Shown here piece by piece: positions 8,647 through 18,799 of a stretch of 44,825 nucleotides of DNA; position 1 is the stretch's first letter, and each line of letters begins with the position of its first letter. The stretch covers positions 1 to 44,825 of the forward strand of contig JAIXUT010000105.1 in NCBI GenBank assembly GCA_027483385.1, given 5' to 3'. Below the pieces are notes generated by a model. It ran no database searches and was not told the origin of the DNA. It worked only from the letters and a program-made list of their open reading frames with translations. Source of the DNA: Alphaproteobacteria bacterium. GTDB taxonomy: Bacteria; Pseudomonadota; Alphaproteobacteria; UBA2136; UBA6156. The position numbers were made by a program, and so were the translations under genes.

Positions 8647-10179
8647 ATGACTTTCCGCCACTGCCGCGCCCGTTTCTTCAGCATTTGCCTTGGGGGGGCC
8701 GTGGCACTTTGCGCACAACTGGCCCCCGTGTTTGCCGAAACCAACACAATGCGTAACGTTCTCCTCATTGGCATCAACAGTGCCCCCAAAACTCTAAACC
8801 CCCTGCTGGTGGCCGATGCAGGCGGCGCCCGCCTGTTGCAGCTTACCCATCCCGCACTGTTACAGTGGGATGCCAATTTTGCCCCCGTCGGGCTGGTGGC
8901 AATAGGCTGCACTGAGCAAACCCCCACGGTATACCAGTGCACTCTGCCAGCGGCTCAGCGCTTTACCAGTGGTGCAGCGCTTACAGCCCAAGCTGTAACT
9001 ACCTGGCTGCAAACCCTTCAGGCCACTCCGCGCAGCCCATTGGCAGGGAGTTGGCGGGATATCAGTATGACTGCTGTAAGCCCGACCGCGCTTAAATTTA
9101 CCCTCCCAGCCCCCAGCAACCGTTTTTTGAGTACGTTGGTGGAAACCCCGCTGGCCGACCCTGCCGCCCCCAACCATGGCATGGGCCCGTATGTGGCCAG
9201 CCAAGATGCAGCCACAGGTGTGGTGCAGCTCATCCCTTCGCCCAGTACCGCGCTGCCCAGCCTGCAATTCATCCCGTTGGCCGATGCCACGACGCGCATT
9301 TTAAAATTGCAAAAATCTGAACTGGATGTAGTGCTGCACGACTTACCCCCCAGTGTGCTGAACTACGTGCAGCAAGAGGCGCCAACCCGCGGCTGGCAAT
9401 TGCTGGCGGTACCGAGCAGCAGCTACAGTTATTTGGCGCTGAATTTCCGTAATCCGCTGCTGGCCACAAGCAGTGTGCGGGAAGCGCTTTCGCTGGCACT
9501 GAATCGGCCACTGCTGCGCAAGGCACTGCTGCAAAACCTCGCCACCCCTGCCACCAGCCTGCTGCCGCCAGGCCACCCCGCGCACTGGCCCGCACCCGAA
9601 GACGTGCACGACCCCTTCACCGCCGAAGGGTTGCTGGAAGAGACCACGCTGCCCGATGGCCGCACCCTGCTGCTGGGCCCCGAAAACACCCGCTTCAGCC
9701 TGAATTTGCTGACCAGCACTGAAGCCTTTTCCCAGCGCTTGGGCCAGGCGTTACAGGCCGAATGGGCCAAAATTGGCGTTACAGTGAACCTAGAAAGCGC
9801 CGAGTGGGCCAGCTTTCATAGCCGGGTGCAGAAGGGGCAATTCGATATGGCGCTCCTCACTTGGACAGGCCTGCAGCAGCCGGAATTTTACCACAAGCTT
9901 TTTCACAGCAGCCAAACCCCGCCCAACGGCTTTAACCGTGGTGCGGTGAATGATCGGCAGCTGGATGACTTAACCCAGCAAATGGTAACAGCAGCTACCC
10001 CGAGCGATACCCTTAAATTGGCCCAAGCCGTGCAGCAACGGGTGGCCGAGGTACGCCCCTATTTGCCGCTGTGGCGCCGCCACCATGTGCTGGTGATGGG
10101 GCAGGGCGTGCGCGGCTGTACGCTGGGACTTGCAGGGGATTATAAAGGATTGACACAGTGCCGAAAAATAACGCATTAG
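8647..10179 (+). CDS. ABC transporter solute-binding protein, family 5 (peptide/nickel type)
   Basis: Signal peptide, PKTLNPLL, YLALNFRNPLL..VREALSLALNR, GFNRG, PYLPLW. Confidence 0.88.
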   Translation: MTFRHCRARFFSICLGGAVALCAQLAPVFAETNTMRNVLLIGINSAPKTLNPLLVADAGGARLLQLTHPALLQWDANFAPVGLVAIGCTEQTPTVYQCTLPAAQRFTSGAALTAQAVTTWLQTLQATPRSPLAGSWRDISMTAVSPTALKFTLPAPSNRFLSTLVETPLADPAAPNHGMGPYVASQDAATGVVQLIPSPSTALPSLQFIPLADATTRILKLQKSELDVVLHDLPPSVLNYVQQEAPTRGWQLLAVPSSSYSYLALNFRNPLLATSSVREALSLALNRPLLRKALLQNLATPATSLLPPGHPAHWPAPEDVHDPFTAEGLLEETTLPDGRTLLLGPENTRFSLNLLTSTEAFSQRLGQALQAEWAKIGVTVNLESAEWASFHSRVQKGQFDMALLTWTGLQQPEFYHKLFHSSQTPPNGFNRGAVNDRQLDDLTQQMVTAATPSDTLKLAQAVQQRVAEVRPYLPLWRRHHVLVMGQGVRGCTLGLAGDYKGLTQCRKITH

Positions 10180-10185
10180 TTGTTT

Positions 10186-10875
10186 ATGCGTGAGGTCATC
10201 TTCGATACCGAAACCACCGGCTTCGGCGCCGAAGACCACCGCGTGATCGAGCTCGGCGCCGTCGAGCTGATAAACCGCCTGCCCACCGGCAAAACCTTTC
10301 ATGCCTACTTAAACCCCGAACGGCCCATCGACCCAGGTGCGATGCGGGTGCATGGCATCACTGATGAACAGGTGAAGGACGCCCCCAAGTTTAAAGATGT
10401 TGCCCATGCCTGGCTGGAATTTGTGGGCGATGCCACCCTGGTAGCCCACAACGCAGAATTTGACATGACTTTCATGGCCAAGGAACTGGCCCGCATCGGC
10501 CTGCCGCCCCATGATAACCCGGTGATTGATACTCTGGCCCTGGCCAAGCAAAAGTTACCGGGGCAACGCCATAAGCTGGATGCGCTGTGCAGCCATTTTG
10601 GCGTGGATAACAGTGCCCGGGTGTTTCATGGTGCTTTGCTCGATGCCCAGCTTCTGGCCGAAGTATACGTGGAATTAACGGGCGGCCTGCAGGCCAGTTT
10701 TGGCCTGGAAACAGTGGGGCCAAGCGCTACCCCCGCCGCGCAAAGCACTGTGGTGCTGGCGGCTGTAAGTTCTGCATCGGCGGTGGTGGTTCAGGCCAGT
10801 GCCGCCGAGCAGGCTGCACATGCCGAATGGCTGGCGAAATGTATTCCTAACGCTTTGTGGAATAAAGATATATAA
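10186..10875 (+). CDS. dnaQ: DNA polymerase III epsilon subunit
   Basis: FDTETTG, VAHNAEFD, HGALLDAQLLAEVY (DEDDh), ELTGGLQASF. Confidence 0.96.
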   Translation: MREVIFDTETTGFGAEDHRVIELGAVELINRLPTGKTFHAYLNPERPIDPGAMRVHGITDEQVKDAPKFKDVAHAWLEFVGDATLVAHNAEFDMTFMAKELARIGLPPHDNPVIDTLALAKQKLPGQRHKLDALCSHFGVDNSARVFHGALLDAQLLAEVYVELTGGLQASFGLETVGPSATPAAQSTVVLAAVSSASAVVVQASAAEQAAHAEWLAKCIPNALWNKDI

Positions 10876-10881
10876 TTTTTA

Positions 10882-10908
10882 TTATCACTTGCTTGACTTG
10901 AGTGATAA
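10882..10908. promoter_or_regulatory. Variant CIRCE operator (HrcA site)
   Basis: TTATCACTT-N9-GAGTGATAA versus consensus TTAGCACTC-N9-GAGTGCTAA, immediately upstream of hrcA. Confidence 0.8.
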
Positions 10909-10921
10909 CAGGCGTTAGGGT
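10893..10921 (+). promoter_or_regulatory. Sigma70 promoter of the hrcA operon, probably leaderless
   Basis: TTGACT-17 nt-TAGGGT, 6 nt before ATG 10928; the -35 lies in the CIRCE spacer. Confidence 0.7.
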
Positions 10922-10927
10922 TGCGCC

Positions 10928-12028
10928 ATGTCCGATAAATCCACCAACCAAAAACCCACGCCAGCCGCGCTGCCCGAGCTTTCCACCCGTGCCGCCCAGG
11001 TGCTGAACGATGTGGTAGAAAACTATGCCCATACCGGTGAAGCGGTGGGCAGCAAGGCGTTGGTGGAAAGTGGGAACTACCAGCTTTCGGGTGCCAGCAT
11101 TCGCAACGTGATGCAAGACTTGGAAGCCGCAGGCCTACTCATGCACCCGCACACCAGCGCGGGGCGCATCCCCACTGCCCAAGGTTACCGCTTTTACACC
11201 CAGCGGCTGGTCCAGGCGGCCACCCCCGAAGTTGCGGTGCAAGAGGCGCTGGCGGCACAAATTAGTCCCACCAAAAGCCTCCGCCAGATTACCCAAGATA
11301 TCAGCAGTGTGCTCAGTCAGGTGACCAATTGCGCAGCGATTGTTACGGCACCGCAAGCCGCGCACGACCCACTGCAAACGATGGAATTTATCCGCCTGAG
11401 TGCCGAGCGAGTGTTGGTGGTGATGGTGACCAAGAATGGTGAAATTGAAAACCGTGTGATTGAAGTCCCTGCCTTCATTGGCGTGGAGGATTTGGAAGCC
11501 GCCGCCCGCACCTTAAAGCCCATGATTGTGGGCCAGACGCTCGAGCAAGCCCGCACTGCGCTCATCGCCACGCTGGCCGAGCAAAAAGGCCAAGTGAATG
11601 CGATGATCGATAACATGATGGCCGCCGCCCACCAGTGGGGCCAGCCGATTACCGCCGATGGCGCGATGGTGGTGGCGGGCAGCACCAATCTGTTTCAATA
11701 CCCCGAACTGGTGCGCGACCGCCTGCAAAGCCTCATCAAACTCTTCGAGGAAAAACGCCTGCTGATGGCGTTGGTGGAAGAAGTAAAAAGCAGCAGTGGC
11801 GTGAAAATTTTCGTCGGCGCTGATGTACCCGTGCATGGCGCCGAAGACCTGACCCACGACGTGGCGGTGGTGGGCAGCAGCTTTAGTGATACCAGCCGCA
11901 AACTGATTGGCAGTCTGGGCGTCATCGGCCCCCTGCGAATGGATTACAAGCGCACTTTGGGCGTGGTGGATTACACCGCCAAATTGCTCAATCAGGCCAT
12001 GCAAGAACGGACGGAAGAAAGGATTTAA
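10928..12028 (+). CDS. hrcA: Heat-inducible transcription repressor
   Basis: GEAVGSK, LSGASIRNVMQDLE, HPHTSAGRIPT..GYRFY, LGVIGPLRMDY. Confidence 0.97.
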   Translation: MSDKSTNQKPTPAALPELSTRAAQVLNDVVENYAHTGEAVGSKALVESGNYQLSGASIRNVMQDLEAAGLLMHPHTSAGRIPTAQGYRFYTQRLVQAATPEVAVQEALAAQISPTKSLRQITQDISSVLSQVTNCAAIVTAPQAAHDPLQTMEFIRLSAERVLVVMVTKNGEIENRVIEVPAFIGVEDLEAAARTLKPMIVGQTLEQARTALIATLAEQKGQVNAMIDNMMAAAHQWGQPITADGAMVVAGSTNLFQYPELVRDRLQSLIKLFEEKRLLMALVEEVKSSSGVKIFVGADVPVHGAEDLTHDVAVVGSSFSDTSRKLIGSLGVIGPLRMDYKRTLGVVDYTAKLLNQAMQERTEERI

Positions 12029-12031
12029 TCC

Positions 12032-12559
12032 ATGAGCGAGACTGAAAAAGTTTTAGAACCAATGGCCGCCGAAACGCCACTGCCAGCCGCTGATGGTGCT
12101 GGTGAAGATGCCGTCACCGAAGCCCTGCAGGCCGCAGTTTACAGCTGGCAAGAAAAGGCCTACCGCGCCGCCGCCGAGCTGGAAAACTACCGCAAGCGCA
12201 CCCAGGCCGAGGTGGCCGAGGCACGGCTCTATGCCGCGCAAAGTTTTGCCAAGGATGTGTTGGCTGTGGCCGATAATTTAAGCCGTGCACTCACAGCACC
12301 TGAAGCAGATTCAGCCGCCCTGCGTAAGGGTGTGGAGCTGACCGCCAGCCAGTTCACCACCATTCTGGCCCGCCACGGCATTACCAAAACCGAGGTAAAG
12401 GCAGGCGAGCCAATGAACCCCGAATTGCATCAGGCCATGACCGAAGTTGCAAGCCCGCACTCCAGCGGCTGTGTGGTGGCCGAACTGCAAGCGGGCTACA
12501 CCCTGCACGGACGCTTACTGCGCCCAGCTTTGGTGAGTGTAAGTAAGGGGGGTGCCTAA
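12032..12559 (+). CDS. grpE: Nucleotide exchange factor GrpE
   Basis: RAAAELENYRKR, DVLAVADNLSRAL, NPELHQAM, LQAGYTLHGRLLRPALVSV. Confidence 0.96.
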   Translation: MSETEKVLEPMAAETPLPAADGAGEDAVTEALQAAVYSWQEKAYRAAAELENYRKRTQAEVAEARLYAAQSFAKDVLAVADNLSRALTAPEADSAALRKGVELTASQFTTILARHGITKTEVKAGEPMNPELHQAMTEVASPHSSGCVVAELQAGYTLHGRLLRPALVSVSKGGA

Positions 12560-13179
12560 TGCCACTCGAAATTGAAGCAAAATTTTTGGTCGCAGATTTC
12601 GGCACGGTCCGCACGACTTTGCAGCAGCAAGATTTTATCTGCAGTAAACCCCGCACGCTAATGCAACGACGCACTTTTACACTCAAGGAAAAAGTTGGTT
12701 CAACGATACATGAATGGGCTCGCGTTCGTGATGAGGGTAACAAAATAACGATGACCTATAAGCACACCTACAACACACAAAGCGCAATGGGAACAGAAGA
12801 GATTGATTTAACTGTAAGTAATTTTAACGATGCGGTTTCTTTTATGAATTCTCTTGGGTTTGAAGATATGCTGACCCAAGAAAATTACCGCGAAGCATGG
12901 GAAAAATCGGGTGTTCAAGTAACATTAGATGAATGGCCAGTGATTGGTAAAATTGTTGAAATTGAGGGGTCAACTGAAGTAGAGATTCAAGCAACAAGTC
13001 GTGCTTTAGGGTTTGATTATGCCCAAGCAGTTTTTGGTGGCGTTGGCAGCCTTTATTTCGCGAAGTATCGCAAGGATATGGGTTTGGTAAAAGAGTTGAC
13101 CTTTGCCAATGAAGCTGTAGTTCAAAAGTTTTTAAATCAAACCAACGAGATCCCTGCCTACGCAGGGATGACAAAATAA
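12559..13179 (+). CDS. CYTH domain protein (class IV adenylate cyclase/triphosphatase-like)
   Basis: N-terminal EIEAK (ExExK), [33 protein letters not shown]; visibly AT-richer than neighbours; TAATG overlap with grpE. Confidence 0.88.
   Translation: MPLEIEAKFLVADFGTVRTTLQQQDFICSKPRTLMQRRTFTLKEKVGSTIHEWARVRDEGNKITMTYKHTYNTQSAMGTEEIDLTVSNFNDAVSFMNSLGFEDMLTQENYREAWEKSGVQVTLDEWPVIGKIVEIEGSTEVEIQATSRALGFDYAQAVFGGVGSLYFAKYRKDMGLVKELTFANEAVVQKFLNQTNEIPAYAGMTK
13147..13172. repeat. Half of a GTCAT..GATGAC-type palindromic repeat inside the CYTH 3' end
   Basis: GAG-ATCCCTGC-CTAC-GCAGGGAT-GAC hairpin, translated as EIPAYAGMT. Confidence 0.65.
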
Positions 13180-13192
13180 AGGAGAAAAAACC

Positions 13193-15124
13193 ATGAGCAA
13201 AGTAATCGGCATTGACCTCGGCACCACCAACAGCTGCGTGGCTGTAATGGACGGCAAGGAAACCCGCGTGATTGAAAACAACGAAGGCGCGCGCACCACC
13301 CCCAGCATCGTGGCGTTTGCGAAAGGTGACGCCAACGGCGAACGCCTGGTCGGCCAGACCGCCAAACGCCAAGGGATTACCAACCCCGAAGGCACGCTGT
13401 TTGCCTTTAAGCGCCTGATTGGCCGCCGCTTCGATGATAAAATGGTGGCAAAAGCCAAAGAACATTCGCCCTTTAAAATTGTGAAGGGCCCCAACGGCGA
13501 CGCTTGGATGGAAGTGGGAGGCAAGCCGCTTTCTCCCGCCGAAATTTCGGCCATGGTGCTGCAGAAAATGAAGGATACCGCCGAAGCGTTTTTGGGTGAA
13601 AAAGTTAGCCAGGCCGTCATTACCGTACCTGCGTACTTCAATGATGCCCAACGCCAGGCCACCAAAGATGCCGGAAAAATTGCCGGATTAGAAGTTCTGC
13701 GCTTGGTGAATGAACCCACCGCCGCCGCGCTGGCCTATGGCTTGGGTGAAGACATTAAAGGCCATAAAACGGTGGCGGTGTACGATTTGGGCGGCGGCAC
13801 CTTTGACGTCAGCATTCTTGAAATCGGTGACGGTGTGGTGGAAGTGAAGGCCACCAATGGCGATACCTTCTTGGGCGGCGAAGACTTTGACAGCCGCGTG
13901 CTGCAGTGGTTGGCCGATGAATTTAAAAAATCCGACGGCATCGACCTCACCAAGGATAAACTGGCGCTGCAACGCCTGAAAGATGAAGCTGAAAAGGCCA
14001 AGAAAGAACTTTCTTCCGCCACCAGCATCGATATTAATCTGCCCTTCATTACGGCCGATAGTTCGGGGCCCAAGCACCTGCAAATTACCCTGACCCGCGC
14101 CAAGCTGGAAGCTCTGGTGGAAGACTTGGTGGCCAAGACGCTGGAACCCTGTAAGGCAGCCTTGAAGGATGCAGGCCTGAAGGCGAATCAGATTGACGAA
14201 GTGGTGCTGGTGGGTGGGATGACCCGCATGCCCAAAGTGCAGGAACTGGTAAAAAACTTTTTTGGCAAAGAACCCCACAAGGGCGTGAACCCCGATGAAG
14301 TGGTCGCCATTGGCGCGGCCATTCAGGGCGGGATTCTGCGCGGGGACGTCAAGGACGTGCTGCTGCTCGATGTGACCCCACTTTCCTTGGGCATCGAAAC
14401 TCTGGGCGGCGTGTTTACGGCTCTGATTGACCGCAACACCACCATCCCGACCAAAAAGAGCCAAGTATTCAGCACCGCTGCCGACAACCAACCCGCCGTC
14501 ACCATCAGCGTGTTTCAAGGCGAAAGACCGATGGCGAGCGATAACAAACTGCTGGGCCAGTTTAACCTGGAAGGCATCCCGCCTGCCCCGCGTGGCGTGC
14601 CGCAAATCGAAGTGACGTTCGATATCGACGCCAACGGGATTGTGAACGTGAGCGCCAAGGATAAGGGCACGGGCAAGGCCAGCAACGTGGTAATAAAATC
14701 CGATGGCGGCCTTTCCGATGAGCAAATCCAGCAAATGGTGAAGGATGCCGAAGCCAACGCCAGCGCCGACAAGGAACGCAAGGAGGCTGTGGAAGCCCGC
14801 AACGCGGCGGAATCGCTGGTGCACAGCACTGAAAAGAGCCTGAAAGAGCACGGCGATAAGGTGAGCACGGAGGTACAGGAAAAAATCGAGGCAGAAGTAA
14901 AAACCGTGAAGGATTTACTGGCCCGTGCCGATGTCAGCACGGAAGCGTTGGTTCAGCACACCGAAAAACTCGGCGACGCCGCCATGGAACTGGGCAAAGC
15001 CATTTACGAAGCCCAGAACAAGGCCGAAGCCGCACCCGCCGATGCTTCAACCCATGAAGATGGCACCATGGATGCCGACTACGAAGCCGAAGGCGGCAAA
15101 AAGAACCGAGAAGATGCGGCCTAA
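13193..15124 (+). CDS. dnaK: Chaperone DnaK
   Basis: [33 protein letters not shown]; AAGGAG RBS. Confidence 0.99.
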   Translation: MSKVIGIDLGTTNSCVAVMDGKETRVIENNEGARTTPSIVAFAKGDANGERLVGQTAKRQGITNPEGTLFAFKRLIGRRFDDKMVAKAKEHSPFKIVKGPNGDAWMEVGGKPLSPAEISAMVLQKMKDTAEAFLGEKVSQAVITVPAYFNDAQRQATKDAGKIAGLEVLRLVNEPTAAALAYGLGEDIKGHKTVAVYDLGGGTFDVSILEIGDGVVEVKATNGDTFLGGEDFDSRVLQWLADEFKKSDGIDLTKDKLALQRLKDEAEKAKKELSSATSIDINLPFITADSSGPKHLQITLTRAKLEALVEDLVAKTLEPCKAALKDAGLKANQIDEVVLVGGMTRMPKVQELVKNFFGKEPHKGVNPDEVVAIGAAIQGGILRGDVKDVLLLDVTPLSLGIETLGGVFTALIDRNTTIPTKKSQVFSTAADNQPAVTISVFQGERPMASDNKLLGQFNLEGIPPAPRGVPQIEVTFDIDANGIVNVSAKDKGTGKASNVVIKSDGGLSDEQIQQMVKDAEANASADKERKEAVEARNAAESLVHSTEKSLKEHGDKVSTEVQEKIEAEVKTVKDLLARADVSTEALVQHTEKLGDAAMELGKAIYEAQNKAEAAPADASTHEDGTMDADYEAEGGKKNREDAA

Positions 15125-15163
15125 GCGCTTGCCGAAAGACCGAAAAGCGCCTAATGGCCCCTT

Positions 15164-15637
15164 ATGAAGCAATTGTTTGCCCTGCTCGTCGCGCTCGTGC
15201 CTTTGATGGCGGGTGTAGCGGTGGGGCAAAACAATTTGCTCAGTAACTACGGCGGCGGGTCGGGCAATCGCATCCTTTCGGCCTACGGCGGCAGCGGCGG
15301 CGGTGGCGACTACCGCAACGCCCTACGCAACTACGGCGGCGGTGGCAGTTCCTACCCCGATGTGGGCAATGGCTACACCGGCGCCTACGCGGCCAAACGC
15401 AGCCACACCCAAGGTGGCGGCGGCAACGCCCACAGTGGCTTTAGCGGGCGCTTTACCGGTAGTTTTAACGCCCAGTGGCTTGGGCTTGGCTGGAACAATG
15501 CCCTTGGCAGTGGTGGCAGCCGCTGGCAGCAGGCCAGCAGCACGCCGCCCTGTGGCAATTTCCAGCGCGCCGGAGCCCGTTGCCGCGCTACCACCACGGC
15601 GTGGGACCCAACCTTCTCTTCTCAGCGGGGTTGGTAA
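15164..15637 (+). CDS. Hypothetical secreted Gly/Asn/Tyr/Ser-rich protein
   Basis: Signal-peptide-like MKQLFALLVALVPLMAGVAVG; fills the dnaK-dnaJ gap; its stop overlaps the dnaJ start (TAATG). Confidence 0.7.
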   Translation: MKQLFALLVALVPLMAGVAVGQNNLLSNYGGGSGNRILSAYGGSGGGGDYRNALRNYGGGGSSYPDVGNGYTGAYAAKRSHTQGGGGNAHSGFSGRFTGSFNAQWLGLGWNNALGSGGSRWQQASSTPPCGNFQRAGARCRATTTAWDPTFSSQRGW

Positions 15638-16809
15638 TGGCCAAAGATTTTTATAAAACATTGGGGGTGGATAAAGGCGCCGATGACGCCGCCCTCAAGG
15701 CCGCCTATCGCAAACAGGCGATGGCCTACCATCCCGACCGTAACCCCGGCAATGCCACTGCCGAAGCCAAGTTTAAAGAAATTAATGAAGCCTACGACGT
15801 GCTGCGCGACCCCCAAAAACGCGCCGCCTACGACCGCTTCGGCCCCACCGCCTTCGAAAATGGTGGCCGTGGCCCCACGCCAGGCGCCAACCCGTTTGCG
15901 GGCGGCTTTGGGCAAAATCAGGGCCAACAGCAGGGCTTTGAAGGCAATTTTGAGGAACTGTTCGAAGACCTGATGGGCGGCCTGTTTGGTCAAGGCTTTA
16001 GTGGCCAAGGCCCCCAAACCAAACGCAGCCGCGCCGCGCGCGGGGCCGACCTCCGCTACAACCTGGAAGTAACCTTGGCGCAGGTCATGGGTGGTACCAA
16101 GGCCAAAATTACCTACCCCAGTACCCAAAGCTGCGGCACGTGTAATGGCAGTGGTGCCAAAAAAGGGACCAAGCCCGTCACGTGCGGCACCTGCAACGGG
16201 CAGGGGACGGTGTTCATGCGCCAAGGCTTTTTCCAGATGAGCCGCAGCTGCCCCGACTGCCAAGGCACGGGCCAAATAATTAAAGAAAAATGCCCCGATT
16301 GCGCCGGTGCAGGCCGCACCCGCACCACCCGAAACCTCGATGTCACCATTCCCGTCGGCGTAGATGATGGCACCCGCCTGCGGTTGGCGGGCGAAGGAGA
16401 GGCGGGCACGGGCGGTGCCCCCAATGGCGACCTGTTTGTGTTCATTACCGTGGCCACGCACCCACTGTTCAAGCGCGACGGCCTGAACTTGGAAGTGACG
16501 GTGCCAGTCAGCATGCTCGATGCCGCGCTGGGTACCGAAGTAGAATTGCCGCTGCCGAACGGCGAAAAAACCACCCTTAAAATTCCTGCTGGTACTCAAC
16601 CCAGCGAAGCCGTGAAGCTGCACGGCCTGGGCCTGCCAGCCTTGGGCCGGCCGCGTGACTGCGGCGACCTGGTGGCCCGCGTGCAGGTGGAAATCCCAAC
16701 TGGCCTGAGTAAGGCGCAAAAAGAGCAACTGCAGGCCCTGAAGGCCGATTTCAAGCCAGGCCGGGCCCAGGAAGGTTTTGCCAGCCGCCTGCGCAAGCTG
16801 TTTGGCTAG
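15637..16809 (+). CDS. dnaJ: Chaperone DnaJ
   Basis: MAKDFYKTLGV J domain with HPD, G/F region, four CxxCxGxG repeats. Confidence 0.98.
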   Translation: MAKDFYKTLGVDKGADDAALKAAYRKQAMAYHPDRNPGNATAEAKFKEINEAYDVLRDPQKRAAYDRFGPTAFENGGRGPTPGANPFAGGFGQNQGQQQGFEGNFEELFEDLMGGLFGQGFSGQGPQTKRSRAARGADLRYNLEVTLAQVMGGTKAKITYPSTQSCGTCNGSGAKKGTKPVTCGTCNGQGTVFMRQGFFQMSRSCPDCQGTGQIIKEKCPDCAGAGRTRTTRNLDVTIPVGVDDGTRLRLAGEGEAGTGGAPNGDLFVFITVATHPLFKRDGLNLEVTVPVSMLDAALGTEVELPLPNGEKTTLKIPAGTQPSEAVKLHGLGLPALGRPRDCGDLVARVQVEIPTGLSKAQKEQLQALKADFKPGRAQEGFASRLRKLFG

Positions 16810-16822
16810 CAGCTGAAAATCT

Positions 16823-16851
16823 TTGCCGTGGCCCTGTTGTGGCTGTACATT
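16823..16851 (+). promoter_or_regulatory. Sigma70 promoter of the rhomboid gene
   Basis: TTGCCG-17 nt-TACATT. Confidence 0.55.
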
Positions 16852-16869
16852 TTCGCCTAACCTTGAGTC

Positions 16870-17562
16870 ATGATTCCCCTCACCGATAACCACCCGACCC
16901 ACCATCGGCCCTACCTTACCTATGCGTTCATGGCTGCCTGTATCGGGTTTTTTGGCTTACAGGTCATCAGCCCCCTGGGTTTTGAGACCATTGTAGAAAT
17001 GTACGGCCTGATTCCAGGCTACACCGTAGGCGATGCCGTTGACCCCGATGCGCTTAATGCGGGCTGGTGGGGGGTGCTTAGCAGTATGTTTCTGCACGGC
17101 AGTGTGACGCACTTGGCAGGAAACATGCTGTTTTTATTTGTCTTTGGCGATAACATTGAAAACGCGCTGGTACGCAGTGCCGAACCGTTGGGTGGCCGCC
17201 TGCGTTACTTGCTATTTTACGGGCTGGGTGGTGCGGTGGCGGCATTGGGGCATGCATGGCTGGAACCTGCCAGCCTCATCCCGATGATTGGCGCCAGTGG
17301 GGCGATTTCCGCCGTACTGGGGGGCTACTTGGTGCTCTATCCACGCCAGCCCATTACGGTGGCGTTGCCCTATGTGGGGATTACCGAATTGCCTGCATAC
17401 GTGGTGCTGGGCAGCTGGTTTGGTTATCAGTTGCTGTATGGCATCGCCACCGATCCTGCCGACGCAGGCGTGGCCTTTTGGGCGCATATTTTTGGCTTTG
17501 TGGCCGGGGTAATACTAATTCTACCGCTGGGTGGCCGCAAGCGGCCAGCTTTATGGCGTTAA
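16870..17562 (+). CDS. Rhomboid family intramembrane serine protease
   Basis: SMFLHG..HLAGNM..FGDNIE, GASG catalytic Ser, AFWAHIFG catalytic His. Confidence 0.95.
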   Translation: MIPLTDNHPTHHRPYLTYAFMAACIGFFGLQVISPLGFETIVEMYGLIPGYTVGDAVDPDALNAGWWGVLSSMFLHGSVTHLAGNMLFLFVFGDNIENALVRSAEPLGGRLRYLLFYGLGGAVAALGHAWLEPASLIPMIGASGAISAVLGGYLVLYPRQPITVALPYVGITELPAYVVLGSWFGYQLLYGIATDPADAGVAFWAHIFGFVAGVILILPLGGRKRPALWR

Positions 17563-17566
17563 TGAG

Positions 17567-18205
17567 TTAACGCGGACGAGCGATTGCCGAAGTGGGGGCT
17601 GATGAGGCTGGCCCCGCGCAAAAACTTTCAACGTAGCCAAGGGCTTGGCGTAGTTCAGCGCGGTTGGCGGTAAACAGTGGTAGGCCTTCCGCGCGCAGCG
17701 GGGCCAGATTGGGCCACACCCCTTGCGCGGCCTGCACCTGCGCCAATGCCGCCGCCAGCGTGAGCGGCACCAGGTTTTGCGTATTCCGCTGCGCCATACT
17801 TACTGCGGCAATATCGTTCACCATGCTCAGGGCCCGCACACAAATGGCCGCCTGAGTGGCGGGCATGCCGTTGCCTGGTGGATTGGCTGGTGGCACTTGG
17901 GCTGGCGGCGAGGGTGGAGCGCTTGGGCTTGGCACCGCCGCGGGTAGGGTAATTTGCAGTGGAAAGCTGCTATCGCTCACGGCAGTGAGGAGTGGCGGCA
18001 TGGCAGCCCGGGTGGGGGAAACCGATAGAATGGTGGGGGAAGTTAGCGCCACTGCGGGTATCCCCCGCGGCCCGGCGGGGGCTTGACTAGGAGTCAGGAT
18101 AATTTCACTGCTCCCTTGCTGAAAGCGCACGGGTGCGAGCAACAATGGGGCTACCAGCAAGGCCCAAAGCCAGTGACGCGTCGGGCAGTGGCGCATCGGG
18201 GCCAC
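17567..18205 (-). CDS. Hypothetical exported Pro-rich protein, co-oriented behind ihfB
   Basis: Starts 3 nt after the ihfB stop; N-terminal hydrophobic stretch, Pro/Ser linker, helical C-terminal part with two Cys. Confidence 0.6.
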   Translation of the reverse strand: MAPMRHCPTRHWLWALLVAPLLLAPVRFQQGSSEIILTPSQAPAGPRGIPAVALTSPTILSVSPTRAAMPPLLTAVSDSSFPLQITLPAAVPSPSAPPSPPAQVPPANPPGNGMPATQAAICVRALSMVNDIAAVSMAQRNTQNLVPLTLAAALAQVQAAQGVWPNLAPLRAEGLPLFTANRAELRQALGYVESFCAGPASSAPTSAIARPR

Positions 18206-18208
18206 GAA

Positions 18209-18487
18209 CTACTTATTAACGCGAACGCGCAGTTCCTTGCCCGATTTAAAAAACGGCACCCGCTTGCTAGGCACATTGACTGCTGCACCAGTGCGGGGGT
18301 TGCGGCCCTTACGGGCGGCGCGGGCGCGTACACTAAAGGCGCCAAAACCGCGCAGTTCAATCCGCCCACCTTCTACCAGGGTGGTCGTAATCTCTTCAAA
18401 TACAGTATTCACCAACTTTTCCAGGTCGTCGGCGCGCAGGTCGGGGTGCTGATTGGCAAGTTTGGCCACGAGTTCCGATTTGGTCAT
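18209..18487 (-). CDS. ihfB: Integration host factor beta subunit
   Basis: [35 protein letters not shown]; GGGGGA RBS. Confidence 0.95.
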   Translation of the reverse strand: MTKSELVAKLANQHPDLRADDLEKLVNTVFEEITTTLVEGGRIELRGFGAFSVRARAARKGRNPRTGAAVNVPSKRVPFFKSGKELRVRVNK

Positions 18488-18511
18488 GATTATTCCCCCG
18501 TTATCTCTGTT

Positions 18512-18540
18512 CTTATAGCTGCCAAGTGCCCGAAATGCAA
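18512..18540 (-). promoter_or_regulatory. Sigma70 promoter of ihfB
   Basis: Minus strand TTGCAT-17 nt-TATAAG. Confidence 0.6.
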
Positions 18541-18799
18541 GGCCTTGGCAAGCCCTCCCGCGGTTTTTTGTTTAACCTTTAGTATTTATCGGGGCAAATT
18601 ATCTTCCTTGGCTTCACGTCCGATCAAGGTTGGCCAAAAAACCGCACCCCTCGGGTCAAGATGCAGCTTAAGTGTCGGGAATCGGCGCGAAGTGCTTGGC
18701 GACGGGCCAAGGCTGGGTTAGGTTTGGGCAACCTGTCAGGCGGGATTTGCGGCTATGCCCACAAGAAGCCATGACTAACAACAAGGCAAAGAACACGCG

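Noticed and set aside
12842-14851. Long antisense ORFs opposite dnaK
   Set aside because: Well-known shadow frames of dnaK caused by codon bias; no independent RBS or motifs.
18630-18646. Sigma54-like TTGGCCAAAAAACCGCA upstream of cheY
   Set aside because: Spacing is right but the match around -12 is poor; too weak to call.
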